A stretch of 54,160 nucleotides of DNA from Novosphingobium sp. UBA6722. Lineage in GTDB: Bacteria; Pseudomonadota; Alphaproteobacteria; Sphingomonadales; Sphingomonadaceae. The stretch is taken from the NCBI GenBank assembly GCA_002454125.1, contig DKII01000092.1, forward strand, positions 1 to 54,160, read 5' to 3'. The position numbers and the translations under genes were made by a program. Under the pieces are notes generated by a model. It was not told where the DNA came from and searched no databases. It saw nothing but the letters and a program-made list of their open reading frames with translations. Each line of letters begins with the position of its first letter. Positions within the stretch are counted from its first letter, which is position 1. Of the stretch, positions 1 through 9,200 are shown piece after piece.

Positions 1-1
1 C

Positions 2-256
2 ATGGTCTACGGCCCGATCGCGGCTCTACTTGTGGAGCTGTTCCCCAGCCGGATCCGCTATACCTCGATGAGCCTGCCCTATCACATCGGCAATGGCTGG
101 TTCGGCGGCTTTTTGCCAACCACGGCCTTCGCCATGGTGGCGGCGACGGGCGATATCTACTACGGGCTGTGGTACCCGATCGTGGTCGCCGCGGCGACTG
201 TGGTGATCGGGCTGATCTTCCTGCCGGAAACTTTCCGGCGCAATATCGACCAGTAA
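2..256 (+). CDS. MFS transporter, C-terminal fragment (MHS/metabolite:H+ symporter-like), runs off window start
   Basis: ELFPSRIRYTSMSLPYHIGNGWFGG and terminal LPET motif typical of MHS-family MFS; hydrophobic helices. Confidence 0.85.
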   Translation: MVYGPIAALLVELFPSRIRYTSMSLPYHIGNGWFGGFLPTTAFAMVAATGDIYYGLWYPIVVAAATVVIGLIFLPETFRRNIDQ

Positions 257-291
257 GCCGGCCTCGGCCGCAACCCGAGGACAACCCGCGT

Positions 292-1026
292 ATGCGCCTG
301 CGCCAGATCACCGATTCGATCGTCCAGAAGTTCAACGAGGCGCTGCGCTTTGTCTTCGTCGACCTGCTGAAGTCCAAGGCCTTCGTCGATTTCTACCTCC
401 ACCAGTACCCCTCCTACGAGGAGTACCGGAAGGTCCAGATCTACCACAATTACCGCAAGCTGGGCCGGGTCTGGGCCGATGCGGCAACCATGGATCTGCT
501 GGCCGGCGCCTTGCGCGAACAGTTCGGCAGCGGGACGATCCGGGGCATCTGCCACGGCACGCGTAACGGGTTCGAACAGAACCACCTCAATGATCAGCAC
601 GCCGGGTTCGAAGTGATCGGCACCGACATTTCCCCCAGCGCGCGCGACTTTCCCAATTCGTTCGAGTGGGACTTCCACGATGTGAACCCGGACTGGGCCG
701 GCCAGTTCGACTTTGTCTATTCGAACTCGCTCGACCAGTCGTGGCAACCCAAGGTCGCGCTGGAGGCCTGGCTTGGTCAGGTTCGGCCCGGCGGCGTGGT
801 GGTGATCGAGTACAGCGAAGAGCAAAGCCCGCTGGCGGCCGGGGCGATGGACCCCTTTGGCGTGCGACCGGTGGCTGTGCCCTATGTGCTGGCCGACTGG
901 TTCGGCCACGATGTCTCGGTCTCGTTCCGGCAGAGCTACAAGGCCAATATCAAGAAGCCCAACTGGCTGTTCTTCATCCGCCGCAATGGGCCGGGCCAGC
1001 CGCACGAAAGGCCCGCGACAGCCTAA
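292..1026 (+). CDS. Class I SAM-dependent methyltransferase-like protein
   Basis: ICHGTRNG, GTDIS, FDFVYSNSLD and VRPGG motifs; ATG at 292 after GAGG preferred to the ORF-track start at 169. Confidence 0.7.
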   Translation: MRLRQITDSIVQKFNEALRFVFVDLLKSKAFVDFYLHQYPSYEEYRKVQIYHNYRKLGRVWADAATMDLLAGALREQFGSGTIRGICHGTRNGFEQNHLNDQHAGFEVIGTDISPSARDFPNSFEWDFHDVNPDWAGQFDFVYSNSLDQSWQPKVALEAWLGQVRPGGVVVIEYSEEQSPLAAGAMDPFGVRPVAVPYVLADWFGHDVSVSFRQSYKANIKKPNWLFFIRRNGPGQPHERPATA

Positions 1027-1071
1027 GGGAAAACCCTTGTTGCCCATGCGGGCGGCGTATAGTCTGCCGCC

Positions 1072-2991
1072 ATGACATCAGGCCAGGCAACCGGGGCGGG
1101 GGGCAAACCGACCACCGTTTTCGTAAGCTACTCGCGCGCCGACCAGAAACGTGCGCTGCCGGTGATCGAACTGCTGGAACGCGCCGGGTTTGCGGTCTGG
1201 TGGGATGGCCTGATCGAGGGCGGGGAACGGTTCTCCCGCACGACAGCGATGGCCTTGGACACCGCCCGCGCGGTCGTCGTGCTGTGGTCGCAGACTTCGG
1301 CGGACTCGCACTGGGTCCACGACGAGGCGACCAGCGGCCGTGACCGGGGCGTGCTGGTGCCGCTCTCGCTGGACGGGACTGAGCCACCGCTCGGCTTTCG
1401 CCAGTTCCAATTCATTGACGTCTCGAAGGGTCGCCTGCGGGCCGAGTCCGATCGGATCGTCAGGGCAGTTGCCGCGCTGCACGATGCCCCGCCAGTACCG
1501 CAATCGGCCAAGCCCAGCCGGATCGACCGCCGCATGGTGCTGGCTGGCGGCACCGGACTGGTCCTCGCTGGCCTGGGCGGCGCCTGGTGGAGCGGCCTGA
1601 TCGGGGGAGCCAAGGCCGAAGCCAACAGCGTCGCGGTGCTGCCCTTCACCAACCTGAGCGGCGATCCGGAGCAGGTCTATTTCTCCGATGGCCTGGCTGC
1701 CGAAGTGCGCGCCGAACTGGCCCGCAATTCGTTGCTGCAGGTGGCGGCACAAGCATCTTCCAACCAGTTCCGCGAACGAACCGATGATGCCAAGACCATG
1801 TCGCGCAAATTGGGCGTGGCCTATCTGCTGGATGGCAATGTCCGCAAATCGGCGGATTCGGTTCGCATCGCCGCCGAACTGATCGATGGCCGCACCGGCT
1901 TCAGCCAATGGAGCCAAAGCTTTGAGCGCCCGCTGACCAACGTGTTCGCCGTGCAGGACGAGATTGCCGAAGCCGTCGCCTCTGCGCTGACCGCACGCGT
2001 TGCCGATCCGGGCAAGCGCAGTTCCGCTGAGACCGGCGGGACCAAGGATGTCGCCGCCTATGACGCCTTCCTGCGCGGCAAGGATCTGTTCGATCAAGCC
2101 GCCAACGAAGCTACTGACCGTGCCGCTCTGGCGAGGTTCGAGGAGGCGATCGCGCTCGATCCCAAATATGGCGCAGCCCATGCCGCCCGCGCGCTCGCTC
2201 TGGCAGTGATCGCCAACCAGTATGTCCCGGTTGAGCAGCGACCAGCCCTGTTCAAGGATGCGACGGCAACGGCCCGCCACGGCACCGAACTTGCCCCGAA
2301 GCTGGCCCAGGCCTTTTCCGCGCTGGGCTTTGTTCTGCACAACGGCCTGCTGGACTGGAAAGCCGCCCGCGCGCCCTATGACCGCTCGTTCGAGCTGGGG
2401 GCAGGCGATGCTGACGTGCTGACGCGCTATGCCCTGTTCTGCGCCCGAACCGGCCGGTTCAACGAAGCCACCAGCGCCATGGACCGGGCGATCATGCTCG
2501 ATCGGCTCAACCCGCGCACATACCGCCAGCAAGGCCAGGTCGCCTTTGCCGCGCGCCGCTATACCGATGCGATCCCGCCAATTGACCGGGCGCTGGAGCT
2601 CAATCCCAAGATGGGCACGGCCTATTCGGTCAAGGGTTCGTGCCTGTTATTCCTGAATCGTCTGGACGAGGCGCGCATCGCGTTCGAGCGCGAGCCTTCG
2701 CTGGTGGTAGGTTTGCCGGGACAGGCCGTGGTTGCGATCCGCCAGAATCGCGCCGCCGATGCGGAGCGGCTGTTCGCTCGCCTGGTCAGTGAATTCGGCG
2801 ATATCGGGCTATATCAGCAGGCCCAGGTCCTGGCGCAGTGGAACAAGCCGGCCGAAGCCCTGGCAACGCTGGAGCGGGCCCGGGCCCAAAGCGATGCCGG
2901 TCTGATCTTCATCCGCAACGACCCCTTCCTTGATCCGCTGCGCCAGACGCCGGAATTTTTGCGATTGCTTAAGACGCTGGGCTATGCGTAG
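1072..2991 (+). CDS. TIR-domain / single TM / TolB-N-like / TPR protein
   Basis: N-terminal TIR (VFVSYSRAD...AVWWD...VVVLWS..SADSHWVHDEA); TM segment LAGGTGLVLAGLGGAWW; SVAVLPFTNLSGDPEQVYFSDGL TolB-N-like domain; C-terminal TPR-like repeats (AIALDPKY, ALELNPKM). Confidence 0.9.
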   Translation: MTSGQATGAGGKPTTVFVSYSRADQKRALPVIELLERAGFAVWWDGLIEGGERFSRTTAMALDTARAVVVLWSQTSADSHWVHDEATSGRDRGVLVPLSLDGTEPPLGFRQFQFIDVSKGRLRAESDRIVRAVAALHDAPPVPQSAKPSRIDRRMVLAGGTGLVLAGLGGAWWSGLIGGAKAEANSVAVLPFTNLSGDPEQVYFSDGLAAEVRAELARNSLLQVAAQASSNQFRERTDDAKTMSRKLGVAYLLDGNVRKSADSVRIAAELIDGRTGFSQWSQSFERPLTNVFAVQDEIAEAVASALTARVADPGKRSSAETGGTKDVAAYDAFLRGKDLFDQAANEATDRAALARFEEAIALDPKYGAAHAARALALAVIANQYVPVEQRPALFKDATATARHGTELAPKLAQAFSALGFVLHNGLLDWKAARAPYDRSFELGAGDADVLTRYALFCARTGRFNEATSAMDRAIMLDRLNPRTYRQQGQVAFAARRYTDAIPPIDRALELNPKMGTAYSVKGSCLLFLNRLDEARIAFEREPSLVVGLPGQAVVAIRQNRAADAERLFARLVSEFGDIGLYQQAQVLAQWNKPAEALATLERARAQSDAGLIFIRNDPFLDPLRQTPEFLRLLKTLGYA

Positions 2992-3022
2992 TTTCGCGGA
3001 CTGCAACCGAGGGGACAGTACT

Positions 3023-3316
3023 ATGCGCAAAGTTACAATCGCTGCGGCCATGGCTCTGCTGGGCCTGACTGCCTGCCAGAAGGCCGAAGCACCGGCTGCC
3101 GAAGCGCCGACCGAGGCCGCTGCGACCGAAGCCGCCGCGACCGACGCTGCCACCGCAACGGTTGCCGATGACGCTGCTGCCGCCGCGACCGATGAAGCCA
3201 AGGCTGGCGATGGTGCTGACCGCGCCGGCGACAAGGCCAGCACCGATCGCAGCACCGGCACTGACCGTGCAAGCACTGACCGTGCAAGCACCGATCGCAG
3301 CACGACTGAACGCTAA
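3023..3316 (+). CDS. Small lipoprotein (97 aa) with Ala/Glu/Thr linker and C-terminal xxTDR repeats
   Basis: GAGGGG RBS before ATG 3023; MRKVTIAAAMALLGLTAC lipobox; tail ADRAGDKASTDRSTGTDRASTDRASTDRSTTER. Confidence 0.8.
   Translation: MRKVTIAAAMALLGLTACQKAEAPAAEAPTEAAATEAAATDAATATVADDAAAAATDEAKAGDGADRAGDKASTDRSTGTDRASTDRASTDRSTTER
3240..3303 (+). repeat. Coding tandem repeats (GCACTGACCGTGCAA x2; GCACCGATCGCAGCAC x2)
   Basis: 15-bp unit repeated at 3258-3287; 16-bp unit at 3240-3255 and 3288-3303. Confidence 0.85.
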
Positions 3317-3319
3317 GTC

Positions 3320-4345
3320 CTATTTGACGCGCGCCACCTTGCCGGGTGGCGCGCTTTTCTTTGCCCGCTCGATCCACTTCTGGATCGCCGGCTCAGTGAT
3401 ATTGGCGTAGATTCCGGGGCGGCCCATCATGCCGCAACCGACCCCCCAAGACACCAGCCCGACCAGCAACCGTTCACGGCCCTGCATGCGCGTCATCGGC
3501 CCGCCGCTGTCGCCAGAACAGCTGTCCTTGCTTTCATTGGCCCCTGCCCCGGCGCAGATCACCCCGCTGCCCAGCCCGCCACGTGACGCGGCGCCCGCCA
3601 CTTTCTCTCGGCAATCGGCCTGGGGCTTTACCTGCAAACCTACTTCCAGCAGCTCGGGCGACGAGCGTAGTGGCCGTTTGGCCAGGTCGCGGACGTCGCC
3701 ATCCTCATGCGCGCCGGTGATACCCCAGCCGGTCACGGTAACCTTGTCCTGCAGGGCCAATGGGCGATCGCCCGGCTTGGACCCCAGCAGCCGGATGGGC
3801 TTGGCACGGTCGGCAATCGCGGCATTGGTCCGGCCCGGGATCGGTTCGATCTTGAGCAGGGCCACATCGTTCTTCTTGTTGCCCTTGCGGCTGTAGCTGC
3901 CGAACACCGCCACCCGCTCGATCCGCATTGGCGTGGTATAGCGCAGGTCCTGCCCGCCCAGGTTCACAGCACGCTCACCCAGGGCGCGCAGGCCGTCGTT
4001 CTTGTCGACAAAGCAATGCGCCGCAGTCAGCACCCAGCCAGGCTCGATCAGCGCGCCGCCGCATAGGTGCTGCGTCTCCCACAACTGCCGCTTTATTCCC
4101 AAGGCCCGGTCCTGTTGCAGTTCGGCGTCGGTAAGTTTTGTGTTGGTAGTCACAATCTCGACCTGCCAGGGCACAGTGCCCGGCAGCGCCGGTGTGCCGC
4201 CAACAATCCGGCCTCCGTCATCGGCCTCGTCCGCTGCTTCCGCCGCGGCCGCTTCCGGCTGATCCTGAGGAGCCGGTGGGGGCGCTTCCTGGGCAAAAGC
4301 CGGTCCGGCCAGACCCAGCGCGAGCGCGGGCAGAAGATACCTCAT
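3320..4345 (-). CDS. Secreted trypsin-like (S1A) serine protease zymogen
   Basis: Signal peptide MRYLLPALALGLAGPAFA; acidic propeptide ending DDGGR|IVGG; triad motifs LTAAHC, NDVALL, KDSCSGDSGGP; ATGA overlap with upstream gene at 4342-4345. Confidence 0.92.
   Translation of the reverse strand: MRYLLPALALGLAGPAFAQEAPPPAPQDQPEAAAAEAADEADDGGRIVGGTPALPGTVPWQVEIVTTNTKLTDAELQQDRALGIKRQLWETQHLCGGALIEPGWVLTAAHCFVDKNDGLRALGERAVNLGGQDLRYTTPMRIERVAVFGSYSRKGNKKNDVALLKIEPIPGRTNAAIADRAKPIRLLGSKPGDRPLALQDKVTVTGWGITGAHEDGDVRDLAKRPLRSSPELLEVGLQVKPQADCREKVAGAASRGGLGSGVICAGAGANESKDSCSGDSGGPMTRMQGRERLLVGLVSWGVGCGMMGRPGIYANITEPAIQKWIERAKKSAPPGKVARVK
3329..3362 (+). terminator. Intrinsic terminator for TIR/lipoprotein transcript, lying inside the antisense protease CDS
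   Basis: Perfect 10-bp stem GCGCGCCACC-ttgccg-GGTGGCGCGC followed by TTTTCTTT, 12 nt after the lipoprotein stop. Confidence 0.8.
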
Positions 4346-6246
4346 TTGACCTCCGCTAGTGTAAGGTTTGCCGCCCAGGCATTGACCCAGATGAGCGCCC
4401 CATCGCGCGTTCGCGCCGCATCGGCGCAGGCCTGACGGCTCAACCGGGTCAGGCAAACCTCCTGGTCCACCGTTGACAGGCCAGTCTGTTCAAGCGCTTG
4501 CGCCGGAATGGGAGCATCGGTGGAGAGGGTGACGAAGCGATACGAACCCGGCGTATCCGGCTTGATTTCCTGCCCTTCCGGAACCTCGATGATCTCCCCC
4601 ACCCCTTTTGTTTCGTCACGCGCGCCGTTTGGCGGCAGCAACAGGCTGATGCTAAAGGTGGGATCGATCCCCAGGACATAGAGGTAGCGCTTGTCGGCAG
4701 CGCTGTTCTTCGCAACGATCGCTGCGTGCTCATTCAGGGCCAGCTTGCGCCCCCCGGCCGGCGCGCCGGGGCACACTTCGCGCTGAAAGTCCTCGGTCTT
4801 GTTCTGAACACAGAATTCAACTTTACCGGTTTGGGGCCGGCTGACCAATGCCGTCAAAGCGTTGACCCGCGCGACCTTGCCGAGCGCGCGGTCGAGCAGG
4901 AAGGCGAAGGCCGGATCGCTGGGCGTCGGCAGCCTGGCCAGCACTGCACCGCGCGGTGAGAGCAACTGCGTCACTTCCGGCCCGGGCACGATCACGATCT
5001 GCGGCCGCGGCGCAATCCGGGCATGGGCGATCCCGGTCAGCGCCGCATCCAGCGCCGGATCGTTGCCACGGACGGCAATCGGCACGGCAGTTTCGAAGCG
5101 ATGGACCAGTTCGCGGGCCACCAGCCGACCAGGCAGGTCAACCGCACTGTCAAGCTGTAGCTGGGTCCGGCCCGGTCCAATCACGGTGGCTGTGCCGGTG
5201 GCCAGCGGCCGGGTTGTTCCCGGCAAAGCCGCGCTGACGCTGGGATAGAGCACGAAGGTGGAACCCGAAGTTATCCCGGTCAGGGTGCCGCCGATGATGT
5301 TCACACCGTCGCGCCCACGCACGGCTTCGAAGATCGGCACGCGCACTTCGTCACCGCCAAGCGTTGCCCGCAGCGCGCCTTCGGCATGCGGCGTCTGACG
5401 GGTCTGCCCGGCTGCGAGCATGGTTTCGCGTGCGGCCACGGCCAGATCGGCAAAACTCGATCCGGGCTGCGCCAGCAGCGCCTTGGCCAGCGCCGCCGTA
5501 AAGACCCCGCCGCGCTTGCCGACTCCGCCGGTTTCGAAGGCTTCCTGCCCATCCTGCGCGGCGGCCAGGTGGACCCGGTAGGCACCCAGGTTGCCGGTCG
5601 TAGCCGGCGGCTCGATAGGATCAACCCGCCCCACCAGCAGCGGTGGGGCCGTGCGCGCCTCGGCATCAAGGTTACGGGTCGCGGTGCCGGAATTGCAGGA
5701 ATCGAAGATCGTCACAACCCGCACCCCGGCTGCAGTGGCGCGATCGATGATCGGGCGGATCTCGCGGTCGAGGATGTCGGCCGGGGCCTGGGCACCCGGT
5801 TCGCGGGCGTCAGTCGCCATGATGGTCGAATTGAACCCGCTGGCCTGCTCAGACCCGGTCGCCTCGGTAAAGCGGGAGCCGTGGCCGGCAAAATAGAAGA
5901 TCACCGTATCGCCCGGGCGCGACGCGTCGATCTGGCGGTTCCAGGCTTCCAGGATCGCAGCCTTGGTCGCGCAATAGTCGGTCAGCGTGATCGAGACCTG
6001 GTTGGCCGATTGGCACTGCCCCGGCGGCTCACGATCAAGTTCGAGCGCATAGGCGCGGCGGAGCGCATCCTTGATCGTACCGACATCCCGCACCGCGCCG
6101 CTCAGGTCGCGGAAATTTGCCTCGGGCGTTTCGGGATTGGCGCGTGAGAAGCGATATTTATCGATCCCGACGAATACTGCCCGGATCTCGGCGTGGGCCG
6201 GTGTGGCGACAGCGGCAAGCAGCGCCGCCAGGACAAATCGTCTCAT
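4342..6246 (-). CDS. Secreted caspase-family (peptidase C14) protein with C-terminal DUF4384-like domain
   Basis: Signal peptide MRRFVLAALLAAVATPAHA; AVFVGIDKY, FYFAGHG, IFDSCNSG (His/Cys dyad); C-terminal RYLYVLGIDPTFSISLLLP; ATGA overlap at 6243-6246. Confidence 0.88.
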   Translation of the reverse strand: MRRFVLAALLAAVATPAHAEIRAVFVGIDKYRFSRANPETPEANFRDLSGAVRDVGTIKDALRRAYALELDREPPGQCQSANQVSITLTDYCATKAAILEAWNRQIDASRPGDTVIFYFAGHGSRFTEATGSEQASGFNSTIMATDAREPGAQAPADILDREIRPIIDRATAAGVRVVTIFDSCNSGTATRNLDAEARTAPPLLVGRVDPIEPPATTGNLGAYRVHLAAAQDGQEAFETGGVGKRGGVFTAALAKALLAQPGSSFADLAVAARETMLAAGQTRQTPHAEGALRATLGGDEVRVPIFEAVRGRDGVNIIGGTLTGITSGSTFVLYPSVSAALPGTTRPLATGTATVIGPGRTQLQLDSAVDLPGRLVARELVHRFETAVPIAVRGNDPALDAALTGIAHARIAPRPQIVIVPGPEVTQLLSPRGAVLARLPTPSDPAFAFLLDRALGKVARVNALTALVSRPQTGKVEFCVQNKTEDFQREVCPGAPAGGRKLALNEHAAIVAKNSAADKRYLYVLGIDPTFSISLLLPPNGARDETKGVGEIIEVPEGQEIKPDTPGSYRFVTLSTDAPIPAQALEQTGLSTVDQEVCLTRLSRQACADAARTRDGALIWVNAWAANLTLAEVK

Positions 6247-9200
6247 CGTGTCCCCCGCAGGATGACCGGGCTGGCCGCATTGGTGAAATCGAACAGCGCT
6301 GGTTCCTGCACCGCTGCTTTGCTCGCTGCGGCAGTCGGGCGCTGAGTGATCGTAAAGCCGCGCGCAGTCCCTCCGGCGTTGGCCAGTCGAGGCAGCTCCT
6401 GGACTGCATAGCGCAGCCATTCATCCAGTGTGATCCGGCGATCGCTGTTCAGATCGGCCGGCCCGCCCTGTGGTGTCAGCCCTTTGCCCAGTGCGGCTGT
6501 CAGCAATCCCTGACCGAGTTGCCCATTCTCGCGCGCCACCTCCTTGGCCTGCGTGGCAGCCAGGATGCGGATGCCCTTGTCGAACGCCAATTGGCCCAGG
6601 CCGGAGTCGCCCATGGGCCCGGGCTTGAAACTACCGGAATCGACACTGGCGCCGGAGTGACAGGCATCGATGATAAAGGCGATTTCCGCCGCATCGATCG
6701 CCCGCAACCACATGGTCAGCGTTGCGGCAGAAACCAGGCTTGATGTATCGGGGGTGCCCTCGCCGTCAGCCCATTTGCCATCCGAGGGGACCAGATAGAA
6801 ATTCCCCCTAGGATCGGCCCAGCCATGGCCCGAGAAAGAAACGATCACGATGTCATCAGGCGTCGCCTTGTCCAGCGCCGAGGCATCGATGCCGGCCTCG
6901 GCCAGTTCCTGAATTTTTGGTCCCCGTTCCATCCCCGCCAGAATGCCCAAAGCAGAATCGATGATCTTGCGGGTCACCGGCTGGCGTGAGCCATCGGGAC
7001 GTTTTGCCCCGGCCAGCATGGCGTGGTGCATTTCGTAGCCGGGGATCACGGCCAGCCGATTGGCAATCAGGCGCGCATCGGCCACCGCATAGTTCAGCTC
7101 CAGCCGCGGCTCATCATAGGCGTCGACGCCGATGGTCAGCACAAAGGCGCGGGGCTTGCGCTTGACGATCGGCGGGCGGACATAGGTGAAAGTTGCTGTA
7201 TCCCCCTTCACCCGGTCCTCGTTGAAAGCATAGACCGAAAAGGTCAGCTTGTCCGGGCCGCCGGTCGGGATCGGCTCCACAAAGTTGTAGCGATAGACGC
7301 CTTCTTCCGCCTGCTTGGGCAAACGGTTGACCTCACGCCATTGTTCCGGCGTCTCCGTCTCGGTGAACGGCTTGTCAGGCGTATGCGAGGCGAACCGGTT
7401 GTTGAGGAACAGCCGCGGATTGTAGACACCAGAGCGCTTGCCATTCGCAGTTCCCTCGCGAAGTTCGAACTGCACCTCAACCGTGCCGGGTTGCTCACCG
7501 GGCTCAACCCCGGTGATCCGTGCCACTGGTAGGGCGCGATTGAGTTTGGCGATCGATGGAATCGGCTTCAACACCTGATCGCAATTGCGCGCCGTGGTGC
7601 AATCGGTCAGCCGCTGGGTCAGCCGGGGTTCGAAATAGTCGCGCATGAACACTTGCGCCGGAAGTGACTGGAATGGCGCATCGGAAACCAGCCAGCGAAA
7701 CTGGTCTGCATCCGGACCGAGGTTGGTATCGTAGCGGCCGTCCTGCGTGACGGCGACGAACTTGGAGCCATTGAACAGATAGGTGGTAAGCAGCGGCGAC
7801 CAGTCGCGGGTATCCCACAGCTTTAGCGATCCCAGCCCCGAAGCTGCCCAGAAAATCGGCCGGTTCGGCAGGAAGCCGCCCGACATGGCATTGCCCAGCT
7901 CAAGCGGTGGCAGCGCCTGGTTGCGGGCCAGATCGACGCGACCGATACCGTCTTGCAGCAGACCGGCGAACAACACGTTGCGGCCATCGCTGGCGAAGAA
8001 GCTGGGCATCAGGGCGCCTCCGGCCAGCGGGCGGAGGCTGTTCTTGGCCAGATCCCATTCGGTCACTACGCCATTGCTGCCAATGAACAAATTCTGGCCA
8101 TCGTTGGTGAAGCTCAGCTGCGTGACAATCCCCCCGCGATCTACACCGCGACCGATGTCGAGGTTTCCCTCACCCGTGTCGACTGCATAGATTGCGCCGG
8201 ACGTATCGGCATGGGTCACGGCAAAGGCCACCCGGCCGCTTGCTTGGTGGGCAGTGACGACAGTGATCGTATCGTCAGCCTTAAGCCCAAGGTCGGGGAT
8301 CGCTTCCCATTTTCCGTCAGTGGGGTTGAACACTGACAGCCCCCGGTCCTGGCTGAGCGGCGCGCGGCAATTGCCAATTCCCGCCCCGATAAAAACCCCT
8401 TCCCCAAGACTGACAGGGAAACAGCGCGCCTCGATCGTCTTGATCAGCTGACCGGATGTGCCATCCACGATCGCGAGCGGAGGAAGCGGCGTTTTGGCGG
8501 TATCCTCGTCACTTTCAGTCGAATAGCTCTCGTTCCCGTGGGCCAGAAACTCGCGCTCGTTGAGCCACACGACCGATTGGTAATCGCCCTCAAGCGTGAC
8601 TGGCGTTCCATACCGCGCCGTCAGGGTATCGAAGATCTCGATGGTGGTGTTTACCTGATCTTCGGCCGTGCGGATGAAGGCGATGCGACGTCCGTCAGGT
8701 GCCAAGGCAGCCGAGGCCACGTCAGCTGGCATGGCGGCGGTTGCAAACGGCAGCGCCCGCCCCTGGTCAACGAATTCAAAGCCCTTGTCGGTCCGCCGCA
8801 AGGTGTAGCGTCCACTTGGCGAAACCGGTAACTGCGGCAGCAGCGCTCTCGCCTGTTCGAGCGACATCTCGGGTGAATCTTCGTCCGACGCCAGCACACC
8901 GATCGCGATGTACCAGCCTTGCACATCCTCCAGCTTCGCTCCGGCTGGGGCCGCTGTCCGCTCCGTCGTGATGGCCCGGGTCGCCAGGTCGATCCGGTAG
9001 ACCCGGCCGGCCACACGGCTTTCCGTTTCCGTATCGGTCACAAGGCCAGCGATCATGGCTGATCGACCATCGGCAGAAACAGTCATGGTGGTCAGCCGCA
9101 TCAAGTCGGCGCCGATGGCGTTTGCAGCCCCGGGCAGGCGCAACCGGTCGATGATCAGTCGCCGGCTGACGTCCCAGATTATGAACTCGCGGGTTACACC

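Noticed and set aside
292-1026. Methyltransferase as part of the TIR-protease system or a restriction-modification system
   Set aside because: No DNA-methylase catalytic motif; the TIR gene appears to have its own promoter, so only adjacency links them
1078-2532. 484-aa minus-strand ORF (similarly 160-1047, 9509-10960, 21488-22927, 37713-39008)
   Set aside because: Overlap well-supported genes on the other strand and have no domain signatures
1072-2991. Thoeris, CBASS or Avs assignment for the TIR gene
   Set aside because: No ThsA, cyclase or STAND NTPase partner in the window; the architecture is membrane-receptor-like
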